From the NCBI GenBank assembly GCA_963832745.1, contig CAWHVC010000005.1, positions 544,001 to 608,000 of the forward strand: DNA of 64,000 nt, given 5' to 3'. The position numbers were made by a program, and so were the translations under genes. Shown here one piece after another: positions 9,427-20,000 of this stretch. This stretch comes from Candidatus Bathyarchaeota archaeon (lineage in GTDB: Archaea; Thermoproteota; Bathyarchaeia; Bathyarchaeales; Bathycorpusculaceae). The notes under the pieces were generated by a model. It did not search any database. It was not told the DNA's origin and worked only from the letters and a program-made list of their open reading frames with translations. How positions within the stretch are numbered: position 1 is the first letter of the stretch; each line of letters opens with the position of its first letter.

Positions 9427-9450
9427 ATTAACAATTCAACTTTTTACCAT
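9399..9450 (+). repeat. 3' flank repeat, copy 2
   Basis: Nearly identical to 8132-8184. Confidence 0.85.
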
Positions 9451-9556
9451 ATTTTTATATGGTTACAAGATATACAATAAAAAACCATTAAACAAAAACA
9501 AAATAACTATAATTGAATTTTAAAAAAACAGTATTTTGAAAAAGAAAAAAGGAAAA

Positions 9557-12031
9557 TTAAGGTATTACACGCACTGCATCTACCATCAGATTAACGCTAT
9601 ATCCTGTGTCTCTATAACCTGCTACAGCAATGTATTTGAAGTCTGAAGGAGCTTGCCCAATATCAATCCATCCAGGTGTAGACGAAGAGACAAATTGACT
9701 ATACACAAGTTGCCAATCATTGTTATTGTTTTGAGATACGTAAACGTAAAGATGGCTGTCGTATCCACTTACCGAATAGCCGTAAAGATAGATATGCCCT
9801 CGCGAAAACCCGCCTCCAGAACCTAAACTACCAGTCATCATCGACACAACCATGCCACCGTCACCATAGTTTCCTCCGTAAAGCTGGGTATATGCTCCAT
9901 CAGGCGCATTACCTAATATATTCGTTGGATTATTGACTGCCCCACTTCCATACGCTATACTTTGAACATGGATGTAAGGATAGTACTGTCTTAGGTATAT
10001 GTTTGAATTACCGTAGACTTTCAGTGTACAAGGATAGTCACCAGGTGGATTCCCAAAATCATCTCCAGGGTAGTATGAATAAACTCCGCTTAGGAGATCT
10101 GTTTCATCAAAAGGCACACCGAACAAGACTAAAGAAGCCTGGTTTAATGAATCTCGAACTGAGTAGCCGCCCTGAATTAATGCATACCAATAGAACTTTT
10201 CGATAAAGTTGTATCCTGGAACAGTTGTAGTGTTGTAAATAGCCCATGTTAGTGTAGGAGACATATTATGAAAACCGATGAAACAGTCAGGACTCGCGTC
10301 GGGGGAAGTGTATCCATTAGGTACTAGATCGTTATGATGACTCCAGGAACGCGCCAATGCATTAACATCTGGTTGATATTGGCTATTATCAGCACTATTG
10401 CATACCCACATACACGCAAAAAAGTGTTTGTCAGGATAATTATTTGTGTAACTATAGACATACGGATAAGTCACTACTGAATCATCAGAACAATAGTAAT
10501 TACCAGCACCTGCCATATGCCCGAAATGGAATACTGCCACACGATTATAGGCTATTTGATCGTTCTGTATGTTTGTATACACTATGGTATTGGTTTCTGT
10601 GCCGCAGTATCTTCCTGTGTCATATCCCACTGAACTAAAGTAGGACTGAATAGTGCTCGTTAAAGTTTGCATAGCGTTTTTCTCCTGATCTAGTTGGCCC
10701 CAGTAAGAAGAGTAAACTTCAGCTTTGCTGTTTGGATATGCATAAACTGCCTGAACTGTTGTAGTTAGAAGGCTCGACATGATAATACCTGAAAGAAGAA
10801 AAGCCTTCCAGGGCTTTAGGCTTGAACGTCTGTAGCACACCATACATATGGAAAAAGTAACTGCAATACCCACGGCTAATATAGATAATAAAGCGTTTGG
10901 TAACAAACCTGATACTGACATGTTATTTGTTGTGCTTTCTGTATTGCCTTCACTCCAGATCATTGGATTGATTGAACTAACCTGCCCATTATCGGCCCAA
11001 ACCCTAACGACAGCACCAGTGACACCTCCTGCATATACCTTATCAAAACCTAATGGCACATACCAAGAAGGATACAACGTGAAGGTATCGTTGCCTCTAG
11101 CATTAGGGTTAAACTCGTTAAGGTAGCTTAATGTTAAATCATTAACTATTTTTGCCTTAAAACCTGATACAGTCACTGACACGTTATTTTCATCAGAAAC
11201 ATCGTATGCATAGTCGTCAATGGCAGAGAGAGCGATTCTTTTAGCTTCTTCTTCAGACACAGTCATTGCGCCAGATATTTTGTATAGATCCCAGTTATCT
11301 TGAAAACATTGTAAATATCCTTGGCTATAGCTTAAAACTACGTTTTTAGATTGAGCAATAACGCCATTGTCGTCAACATAAGTCCAGATAAAGTTGGTAC
11401 TTGCCTGATCAATAACACTTATTTTGAGGTTAATATTGCCTTCAGTCTTCGAAACATTTTCATCTAATTTCACGTCATCCAATATTGAAAGCAAAGTACC
11501 ATAAAAGCCACTTTTTGTTAAATCCTGATAATTCCGTAGAAAGTTTTTAGTCCTATTGACTTCTGAAAATTCTTGATCCAGCAATGAGGAACCTGTCCAA
11601 TCGCTTATGTAGATTTGATGGAGTTTACTGTCGATAAATGAGCAGGCAATGCGCATACTTCCCTGCGGAGATGACAGACAGTATTCTATTTGGTTTTGGG
11701 AAAGCCCAAAGTAATCATTGGTTTTTTCTTCATTCAATCTTATTGTGTATGAAGAAAGATTCAAGAGCGCTACATTGTTTAAAATGGCGACAGCGTTAAG
11801 TTGATCAGTAGAGTTTGGTATGTACACTTTTGAAGCATCATTTAACACGAAAAGCAATGGATCATTGAAATTTAACTCTGGTTCTACTGGGGAACTTGTT
11901 TGCTCTAAGTAGGTAGTTGTTGGTTGCCCTGCAACGGTTATGGCCAATAACAGGATGCACAATGTAACGGTTAATAAAGCAAAAGGAATTTTTCTATATT
12001 TTACTAATTCTTGTTTGCTGTTTCTTTTCAT
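9557..12031 (-). CDS. Large membrane/secreted multidomain protein: extracellular domain, 2 hydrophobic helices, putative clan-CD peptidase-like domain, beta-sandwich
   Basis: 824 aa; N-terminal domain homologous to 14639..15940; VFHFGH and MWVCNSA resemble a His/Cys dyad; C-terminal VYVS..W..WIDIG..VDAVRV. Confidence 0.6.
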   Translation of the reverse strand: MKRNSKQELVKYRKIPFALLTVTLCILLLAITVAGQPTTTYLEQTSSPVEPELNFNDPLLFVLNDASKVYIPNSTDQLNAVAILNNVALLNLSSYTIRLNEEKTNDYFGLSQNQIEYCLSSPQGSMRIACSFIDSKLHQIYISDWTGSSLLDQEFSEVNRTKNFLRNYQDLTKSGFYGTLLSILDDVKLDENVSKTEGNINLKISVIDQASTNFIWTYVDDNGVIAQSKNVVLSYSQGYLQCFQDNWDLYKISGAMTVSEEEAKRIALSAIDDYAYDVSDENNVSVTVSGFKAKIVNDLTLSYLNEFNPNARGNDTFTLYPSWYVPLGFDKVYAGGVTGAVVRVWADNGQVSSINPMIWSEGNTESTTNNMSVSGLLPNALLSILAVGIAVTFSICMVCYRRSSLKPWKAFLLSGIIMSSLLTTTVQAVYAYPNSKAEVYSSYWGQLDQEKNAMQTLTSTIQSYFSSVGYDTGRYCGTETNTIVYTNIQNDQIAYNRVAVFHFGHMAGAGNYYCSDDSVVTYPYVYSYTNNYPDKHFFACMWVCNSADNSQYQPDVNALARSWSHHNDLVPNGYTSPDASPDCFIGFHNMSPTLTWAIYNTTTVPGYNFIEKFYWYALIQGGYSVRDSLNQASLVLFGVPFDETDLLSGVYSYYPGDDFGNPPGDYPCTLKVYGNSNIYLRQYYPYIHVQSIAYGSGAVNNPTNILGNAPDGAYTQLYGGNYGDGGMVVSMMTGSLGSGGGFSRGHIYLYGYSVSGYDSHLYVYVSQNNNNDWQLVYSQFVSSSTPGWIDIGQAPSDFKYIAVAGYRDTGYSVNLMVDAVRVIP

Positions 12032-12482
12032 CTTTACCCTCTTGGAGCTAATTAACTTGCAGGTCTTGCAAGAAGCAATTTAGATGATTAATGTTTAAAT
12101 TTGGTGTTTAGCAAGTGTTCACTTCTTGGAAGACATGATTTAACTCCAAACAAGCACTATTGAATGGCTTAACATTTAGAGTCTTATGACATGTTTCTTA
12201 ACAAACAAAATAGAAAAAAAATTAATTTTTACATAATTTAGCTAGAAATACATAAACATAACTAAAATATGCAGAAAAACCTATGAATCTATATATAATA
12301 ACTTTTTTCTTAAGCATAAATGAACCATATTTTTAACATTTAAAAAAAACGGTTGGATTTGACTTTATTTAAAAATTTTTTCCGCCAAGCCAAATTTGTT
12401 TAAAGACACGTTTAGTGCTGTTTTAGTTGTTGGAGTAAAAACGAAAAAACGATCTTGTTAGTTCTGTTACTTAAAAAGTAAC

Positions 12483-12565
12483 CAACCTATTAGTACTCAA
12501 ATAGTGGTTCTATGCAGAAACCTATAGGAGGTAGGTCCATATTGCGTAGAATCAACTCATTAACA
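12483..12565 (-). repeat. Dispersed intergenic repeat, copy A
   Basis: Reverse complement GACCTACCTCCTATAGGTTTCTGCATAGAACCACTATTTGAGTACTAATAGGTTG matches 24647-24700. Confidence 0.85.
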
Positions 12566-12892
12566 GGCGGTTTTCATCGCTTTATGTAATGAGAGGATCA
12601 AAATTAAGACAGCATGTGCACGCTAAACATGGAACGCCGCCTTTTAACCAAAAAGCATGCTCCACACACCCGCCCGTGCCACCATCAAAAGACGCATCTG
12701 CTTGCAGAAAACGCCACAACCAGCACACAAACCAGAAAGCAAACCAAACAAAAAACGCGTTGTTTTGCATTAAGTGTTGGTTGTTGTTGTGTATAGCGGA
12801 TTTGTGGCAACAACTTCTAAAAAGAAGTGCTGGTGAGGCTAAAAACTGATAAGCTTCAAACGCTAAAGAGTACGGTAAACGGGGAAACGTTT

Positions 12893-13528
12893 GTGTCTTT
12901 AGATCAGGAAAAGATGAAGTCGATTATTGCTTTTAAGAAGCGTTTAGAAGACCGTCTTGAAGCGTTAAATGTTGAAACCAAAGAGGTACAAGCGGCACTG
13001 GACATGGTTAACACGATGCTGCTTGAAAAAGGCTTCAAACGTGGAGACCTAAAAGAGGCGTCGCCACCGAATCTGCCAAAAGAAGTAGTCCTGCCAAAAC
13101 AGGAGCCAACATATGAAAGCCCAATCGACACAAAACTCGCCCCAGCCCCCGCGGCCACGCTAACACCCCAAGACAGGGAAAACGTGTTTCCATTAAAAAC
13201 AATGAATGATGAACCATTAGCGTTAATCTGCTTCGAAAAAGAAGCCATGCATGTGCTGCCTGATGAAAGTAAGCATTTCAGCGCCAACACGCCGCCATTC
13301 CAAAACTTTTTAGTGGAAAAAGTACTTGCTAAAATGAAAGAAAAAGACATTGAACTTGTACGCAATCATCAGTTGGAAGCAAACAAAGCGTTCACTTACG
13401 ACGTTGTAAAAGAAGAAGATTTAATCAAGGAAATAGTAGTACACAATGTCGACGATGAACGCCTAAAAGAACTAAAATCAAGCATCCGCTGGACACTAGA
13501 GAAAATGTACGAAAAAATGAAAAGTTAA
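12893..13528 (+). CDS. Hypothetical protein with N-terminal coiled coil
   Basis: ORF 12827..13528; GTG at 12893 is the likelier start; no motif recognised. Confidence 0.75.
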   Translation: MSLDQEKMKSIIAFKKRLEDRLEALNVETKEVQAALDMVNTMLLEKGFKRGDLKEASPPNLPKEVVLPKQEPTYESPIDTKLAPAPAATLTPQDRENVFPLKTMNDEPLALICFEKEAMHVLPDESKHFSANTPPFQNFLVEKVLAKMKEKDIELVRNHQLEANKAFTYDVVKEEDLIKEIVVHNVDDERLKELKSSIRWTLEKMYEKMKS

Positions 13529-13541
13529 AGAAAAGCATGCT

Positions 13542-13865
13542 TTACTGTGAATGCTTGTCAATAATGGTTGTTATATTCTTTTTAGCGCATAATCCTACAA
13601 GCCGTTCAGCTTCTTGACCATTTTTGAACATGATCATGGTTGGGATACTGAAAACTTGGAATTTTTCGGCTGTACTGGGATTTTCGTCAACGTCAAGTTT
13701 GCCGATTAAAGCTTTTCCAGCGTATTCTTGTGCTAATTCTTCTATTGTCGGTGCTAATGCACGGCATGGACCACACCAGGTTGCCCAGAAATCAATGAAA
13801 ACAAGTTTGTTGTTTTTTATTGTTTCTTCAAAATTTGCGTCTGTAACATGAAATGGTTGGCTCAA
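13542..13865 (-). CDS. trxA: Thioredoxin
   Basis: DFWATWCGPC, SIPT. Confidence 0.97.
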   Translation of the reverse strand: MSQPFHVTDANFEETIKNNKLVFIDFWATWCGPCRALAPTIEELAQEYAGKALIGKLDVDENPSTAEKFQVFSIPTMIMFKNGQEAERLVGLCAKKNITTIIDKHSQ

Positions 13866-14063
13866 TTCATAACACTCCTAATAATCCTGCTTAGAATTCT
13901 CTTTTTGGATAATATAAAGTGTTCGTGCAAACGCTAAACTGCTATAGCTTGAAAACTGCTGAATTATGCTATGTTATTTGTAATATTCGGGTTTTTGGAA
14001 TAATCAAGTTATATGCAAATTTCCTTTGGTACCAGTAAGAAAGAAAGGAGAAGGAAAAAAACA

Positions 14064-14294
14064 GTGCAGACACAAGTAGCTTCACTGTTATTGATTGTTT
14101 CAAGTGTAGCATTAGCAAGCGTCGTAATTGGTTTTGCAGTTGCAATCACAGAGCAAACATTAAGCCTTAATGACAACCCGCAAGTTGACCGAATTAAAAA
14201 CATACAAGATACAATGCTTAACGAAACAAACACTTGGATGGAAAGCATGCAAAATCAATTATTAAATCAAACAGTGCCAACAAACCAACCATAA
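14064..14294 (+). CDS. Small single-TM protein, pilin-like N-terminal helix
   Basis: MQTQVASLLLIVSSVALASVVIGFAV; purine-rich RBS upstream of GTG 14064. Confidence 0.6.
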   Translation: MQTQVASLLLIVSSVALASVVIGFAVAITEQTLSLNDNPQVDRIKNIQDTMLNETNTWMESMQNQLLNQTVPTNQP

Positions 14295-14395
14295 CCAAAA
14301 ACTCCCTTTTTCTAAACCATATTCTGTTACTGCTTATTTGCAATCACAAAAGCTTAAGAAAAAACATAAATCTACACCTTTGAGGTGTCTACAAT

Positions 14396-14629
14396 TTGAG
14401 TGAACCAGATTTTCCTTATCCTAAAAAACCAAGACCAGAAGAAACAGCAAGAATGACGCCAGAAATGGAATATCCACCAGCTCCATCCCCACCTCCACCC
14501 CCGCCGTCATTAGTTACTGAAAACGTCAGCAAGTTTACCTGCCAGATATGTGGCAAAACATTTACAACTAAAGAAGAATTAACCTTGCATACTGAAACGG
14601 AGCATCAAAGCCCAAAAAAGAAGGCCTAA
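14396..14629 (+). CDS. C2H2 zinc-finger protein with proline-rich N-terminus
   Basis: FTCQICGKTFTTKEELTLHTETEH; GAGGTG RBS. Confidence 0.85.
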   Translation: MSEPDFPYPKKPRPEETARMTPEMEYPPAPSPPPPPPSLVTENVSKFTCQICGKTFTTKEELTLHTETEHQSPKKKA

Positions 14630-14638
14630 AAAGCCTCC

Positions 14639-15940
14639 TCAAGAGGGCTGGATTTCTATGCTTCCTCTAAGCAGTTGAACATCTGCCACTTGACCAGTGT
14701 CAGCATATATTCCAACTGCAACCACGTTTATGCCGCCAGCATAAATCTGGTCAAGACTTAACTCGACGTACCAGTAAGGATATAGATTTACCGAGTTTCC
14801 TCGTGTATGAGGAACAAGTTGCACTGATAGAGGGGGATTTAAGGTTTTAAACCCTGAGACTTGTTGACCTTCAATAGTCCAAGTTAAAGTCTTTACATAG
14901 TTTTCAGCTATGTCTACTGCTTCATCTTGTGTTACAGAAATTTCGCTATTGCCCTTTTGGAATAAGTAGTAGCTGTCTGTCATTGTAATCAGAATGTTAT
15001 TTTGGAAAGTCATCTGTAAGCCTTTTGTTTGATAATCTATGCCGTTTTCAGTGTACATCCAAAGCAACTCCGAATAAGCACCAGAAGTATAAATTCGAAG
15101 TTTCATGTTTCCATCAGTTACAGTCATACTTTGAGTTGAATTAACTTTACCCAACAGGTTAAGCATGTCTGTTAAGTACGCATCGCCAGAATACAACCTG
15201 TACCTTGACAAGATACCGTGAGCGTTAAGGATAAGATTGTTAGGTTCATTTTGTGTAAAAATTGGAGAACTTTCAATCATAGTAAGCTCATACCTAGAAA
15301 AATGTCCGTTTCTAAAACGAAAGATAACATTCAAATTACTACTACTACTCGTAAGCGAATATTGCGTATCTTCCTCAGACAATCCTCCGAAATCAGTTCG
15401 CCAATTCAAAGTGTTACTAAGCAAAGTAACCGTATAGTTCCGCGTATCAATATGGGTAACGTTACTCAAAAAATACGCAATTTTATCGGTGCCCATTCCC
15501 CAGGACAATAACTGCTGGTTTTCTGCAGAAAGAGCCTGCTGCGAACCTAACAGTTGACTGTTTTGAGTATATTGGATAGCAGAAAAACTGGCTAATAGAA
15601 TAATCGCTATCAGCATCATCCCGAAAACGGCGCGTTCTTTCAAAGCCGTCAAGCGACGTTTTGGTTCTGCACTATGAACATCTTCCACACCTTTCATTGC
15701 GCTGACACTTGCCAAGCCAAAAGCAGACAATTTGTATTGCCCATTGTCCATTTTAGAAATTAATTCACCGAGACTTTCAAGATGATAAGTCAGGTTCGGT
15801 GTGGAGATACCGAGCTCTTCTACGAGCTCCATAAAAGTCATAGGTTTAGAGCCAAGCATACGGAGAATCTTGCGCCTTATAGGATGCTTAAGAGAGCTAA
15901 ACATCGTTGAGTATATTTCGTCTTCAGGAGTACTTGCCAT
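14639..15940 (-). CDS. Membrane-anchored ArsR-type wHTH regulator with large extracellular domain
   Basis: LKHPIRRKILRML...LTYHLESL, one TM helix, ~280-aa C-terminal domain. Confidence 0.85.
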   Translation of the reverse strand: MASTPEDEIYSTMFSSLKHPIRRKILRMLGSKPMTFMELVEELGISTPNLTYHLESLGELISKMDNGQYKLSAFGLASVSAMKGVEDVHSAEPKRRLTALKERAVFGMMLIAIILLASFSAIQYTQNSQLLGSQQALSAENQQLLSWGMGTDKIAYFLSNVTHIDTRNYTVTLLSNTLNWRTDFGGLSEEDTQYSLTSSSSNLNVIFRFRNGHFSRYELTMIESSPIFTQNEPNNLILNAHGILSRYRLYSGDAYLTDMLNLLGKVNSTQSMTVTDGNMKLRIYTSGAYSELLWMYTENGIDYQTKGLQMTFQNNILITMTDSYYLFQKGNSEISVTQDEAVDIAENYVKTLTWTIEGQQVSGFKTLNPPLSVQLVPHTRGNSVNLYPYWYVELSLDQIYAGGINVVAVGIYADTGQVADVQLLRGSIEIQPS

Positions 15941-16244
15941 CCTTTACCCCAGTATCAAGTGACAAGTATAACCTATAAATTTTCATTAAAAAGAGACGGA
16001 AAAGCTGTAAAAGCAACCAACTTAGTATGGGAAAAAACTAAAAAAATTAAATGCTTTAAGGTTTATGTGTATACATAACTATGTAAACAAAGGCACCAAA
16101 AAGTAAACTTAAGGGTTTACTGATTACAAGAAAAGAATGCCCTCAAAAATTGTTTAAAGACGTTCCCACTAAGAATATTGAACTTTAAAGTCCTTCCAAG
16201 CGACGTTTCATCGCCTAGTGTCAGCCGTTATTCGCGGACTGAAC

Positions 16245-16682
16245 TTAGGTGATGCTGACGTTTTGAATATCGAAATATCGTTTTGCCAAAAAGCGCAAAC
16301 GTTCGGCGTTCTTGCCGTTTTTGCCTATCGCGACGCCCTTGTCTTTGGGGTTTACGGTGATGACTGCCATTTTTTTGCCGTCGGTGCGTTCGGTGACGCG
16401 GATTTCGCGTACTGTTGCAGGTTTAAGGGCGTTCTTCATGAATTGAACTGGGTCTTCACTGTACTCGATTATTTCGTGTTTTTTCCCAGTCATTCGTTCA
16501 AGTGTGTGGATGTTTCTTCCACCTTTGCCTATGGCTACGCCCACTTGACCTTGGTTCACGATGAAAATGGCTCGTTCTTGCTCTTCATCAATTATGCAGT
16601 CTTTCACGCTTGCGCCGCTTATGCTTTCGAACAACGCGATATAACGCATTTCGTCGCATGTGATTTTTATGCCGGTTGTCAT
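16245..16682 (-). CDS. nusA: Archaeal NusA (two KH domains)
   Basis: AIGKGGRN and AIGKNGKN KH motifs; position after rpl30e. Confidence 0.96.
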   Translation of the reverse strand: MTTGIKITCDEMRYIALFESISGASVKDCIIDEEQERAIFIVNQGQVGVAIGKGGRNIHTLERMTGKKHEIIEYSEDPVQFMKNALKPATVREIRVTERTDGKKMAVITVNPKDKGVAIGKNGKNAERLRFLAKRYFDIQNVSIT

Positions 16683-17014
16683 TGCTCTCCTCCAATTGTT
16701 TCTTCAATCTCGGATGTTTCGATTACTTTGAGAATGTCTGAGTCTCCAGATTCCCTGATGCTTAACGCGGAAATAATGAATAGTCTGCCTGCGACTTCAG
16801 CTAAATCCATTGAATTGCCTTTGTAGGTTATCACGGGGACTTTTGAGATTTTACCATAGTATTCTATATTGTCTTTTATGTCTTTTGGACAGTTAGAGGC
16901 TAAAATAATCATTTTAGCCTTGCCGGTTTTAGCGTTTTGCAATGCCGAGTTGGCTCCGAAAGAAACTTTGCCAGTTTTGACGGCTGACGCAATCGCCTTA
17001 TCTATATTTATCAT
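16679..17014 (-). CDS. rpl30e: 50S ribosomal protein L30e
   Basis: AVKTGKVSFG, IILASNCP; operon context. Confidence 0.95.
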   Translation of the reverse strand: MINIDKAIASAVKTGKVSFGANSALQNAKTGKAKMIILASNCPKDIKDNIEYYGKISKVPVITYKGNSMDLAEVAGRLFIISALSIRESGDSDILKVIETSEIEETIGGEQ

Positions 17015-20000
17015 GCTTCGGTTTTACCTCCATCTTTTTCTTGGTTCTCGAACGTGGACATGTACAATTCAACTAGGCCAGTGCCGATTGGTATTGACTG
17101 CCCGACTATAACGTTTTCTGTTACTCCAGCTAAAGGATCACTTTCACCTTTAACTGCCGCTTCAACAATGTTTGGAACGGTGATTTCGAATGCGGCGCGC
17201 GCTAAGACGCTTGCTTTCTTGCCGCTGATGCCATGTCTGCCGATTTGTTGTACATCGCCTGTGGTAGTCATCATGTCCGCTACGAGCATAACGTGTCTTA
17301 CGTCAACGTCTAATCCTTGATCTTCCAGTACACCTTTTGCTTCATTAACCAGAGCGTTTCTGGCTGCCTCAACACCTAAAGTTTTTGCGATTTCGTGGAT
17401 GTTGTTTGTTGTGGTTCTTGCTGTGTCTACACCAGTGATTTCTAAGACTTTTGCAAGGTTTGAGCCATCAGTGCGAATTACCCATTCGCCGCTTTCTTCT
17501 GTAACTAGTACTCGTTTAATATCTGGAACGCCTTTAATGTGTGCAGCTGGTAGTTTGGTTAGCATACGTTTTAGTGCTTCGGCTTTCTTTGGTTTGATTT
17601 CAAGTGAATCGTCAACAACTGTTACTGTAGCATTTAATGTTTCAAGTCGTGATTTTGCCTCTGCCATTGTTATACTACGGTCATCCATCATGGTGCGGTT
17701 TAGTTCTACAACGATTAATTCTTTTACTGGGTCTTCATAGATTGCTGAGGCCAAGTTTTCAAGTGAAGTGTAAATGATGTCTCTTGCTACTGATACTGCG
17801 CCTTCTTTGCTTTTAGCGTGCTCATCCATAAGGTAGATTGTCATAATTGGTGTTGATGGGATTCTGCGTGCGTCAACGATTTCTATCAGCCGAGGTAAAC
17901 CTAAGGTAACGTTTTGTTCTTTGACACCTGCATAGTGGAAGGTTCTGAGAGTCATCTGTGTGCCTGGTTCACCTATTGACTGTGCTGCAACGATGCCTAC
18001 TGCTTCGCCTGGCTCCATTAAAGCGCGTTTGTACTGCTCTGCTGTTGAAGTTGCAGCTTTCTCTACGCCTTTCTTGCTTAACTTACTCTTTGAAAGAGTA
18101 CTTTTGAGCTGATCAAGCAAAATTGGGGTAAGCTGGTCCTCAACGCCTTTAAGCTGTTTCTTGATGAAATCTGCTGGTGCAGATTCACCTTTGCCTTCAC
18201 CGATTTTAATTTGCTCAATGAGTCGGCTAACGTTAACTGCTTTACCGTGGTCACTTTTTGCTGGGTCTACACCGTCTTCACCGTAACGGAATTGAATGAT
18301 GTCTCCAGCTGAATCACGCACAGTGCTGTCGTATTCTAGACGAATGTGTTCAAGTGCATTAATGAGCCTACGCTGCATGTAACCACTTTGCTGAGTACGC
18401 ACGGCAGTGTCGACTAGACCTTCTCTGCCACCCATAGCGTGGAAGAAGAATTCAATCGCGTCAAGACCAGTTTGGTAGGAGTTGTAAACAAAGCCTCTTG
18501 CTCTTGGGCTTGGGTCGCCTTCAACAAAGTGTGGCAGGGCTCTTCCCGCGTAACCTCTGAGGATACGTTTACCACGGACTGACTGTTGACCAACACAAGC
18601 GGCCATCTGACCGATGTTTAGGCTTGAACCTCTTGCGCCAGTACGTGTCATGACGATACCAGCGTTTTCTAATGTAAAATCTTCGTCTGCTATTTTGCCT
18701 GATTCGTCTCTGGCTGTTGCAAGTTCGTGCATGACGTAGATTTCGAATGATTCTTCAAGTGTTTGACCTGGTAGACGTGGCAGGGTTCCGTTGCGGTAGT
18801 TTTCGATGTGTTCATCGATTTTCTTTTGGATGCGATCCATTGTTTTTGCCATGCGGTTGCGTGCTCGTGGTGAAAGTACCAGTTGGTCATAGGTGTAGCT
18901 GAAGCCTCTCATCGAAATGAACAGTTTCAATAAGTGAGTAATATTGTTAAGGAATGCTCTGCCTGCTTGCGTACCGTAGTCTTTAATGATTCTGTGAAGC
19001 AAACTTTCTGATTGCTCAGAACCGATGCTGCGTCTGTCAATGACACCTGAAACTAGTTGACCGTTCCTTACTACTACGTAAGCGTCATGTTTGCATTCTT
19101 CTTCTTCGCATTTAGTGCAGCCTTGGCAAATGTTTGCTTTTAGAACGTAGTTGAGTGTTTTTGGCAGGAATAGGCTGAAAATTTGTTTGCCTGACCACAT
19201 TGGTTGGGGTTCTTTGATTTCAGGTTCTGGAAGCTCGCCAGTGTAACCTGTGGTGGTTAATAGGCGATCTACTTGTTCGCGGTTAACGTAGTTACCCTTT
19301 CGTGTAAAGTAGTATGCACTTGTAACGAAGTCTCTGATTGCGCCAATGATTGGGCCACCGAATCTGGGTGAAAGAATTTGGTCTTGCACCTGCATGAGCA
19401 GTAATGATTCGGTTCGGGCTTCTTCGCTTTGTGGAACGTGGAGGTTCATTTCGTCGCCGTCAAAGTCTGCGTTGTATGGTGGACAAACGCAAAGGTGCAT
19501 ACGGAAGGTCTTGTACGGCAAAACCCTGACGTAGTGGGCCATAATTGACATGCGGTGAAGTGATGGCTGTCGATTAAAGATTGCAATGTCGCCGTTCTTG
19601 AGGTGACGTTCAATTACAAAGCCAAGTTCGACTGCTTCCGCGATTTTTGTTCGGTCAACAACGAATTCAAGACGGATACGTTTGCCGTCTGGACGGATAA
19701 TGTATAGTGCGCCCGGATAGTTTTCTGGACCGTTGATGACATATTTTTTCATTTCTTCAATGTTCCAAGCGGTGACTTTTTCTGGAACAGATAAGCGCAT
19801 GGCTACGTCTTGTGGTACACCGACTTCGTTAATGTCCAAGTTGGGGTCAGGTGAAATGACTGTACGGGCCGAGAAGTCAACACGTTTTCCTGATAAGTTG
19901 CTTCTGAATCGACCTTCTTTGCCCTTGAGACGTTGGCTGAGTGTTTTAAGTGCTCTACCGCTTCGGTGTCTTGCAGGTGGAATGCCTGAGGCTTCGTTGT

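Noticed and set aside
7212-9450. CRISPR array or classical integron attC array
   Set aside because: Only two units, each about 1 kb; no cas or integrase gene; no attC core-site structure
12582-12849. Short overlapping ORFs here and at 24380-24642
   Set aside because: Low-complexity A/C-skewed intergenic DNA with no protein motifs
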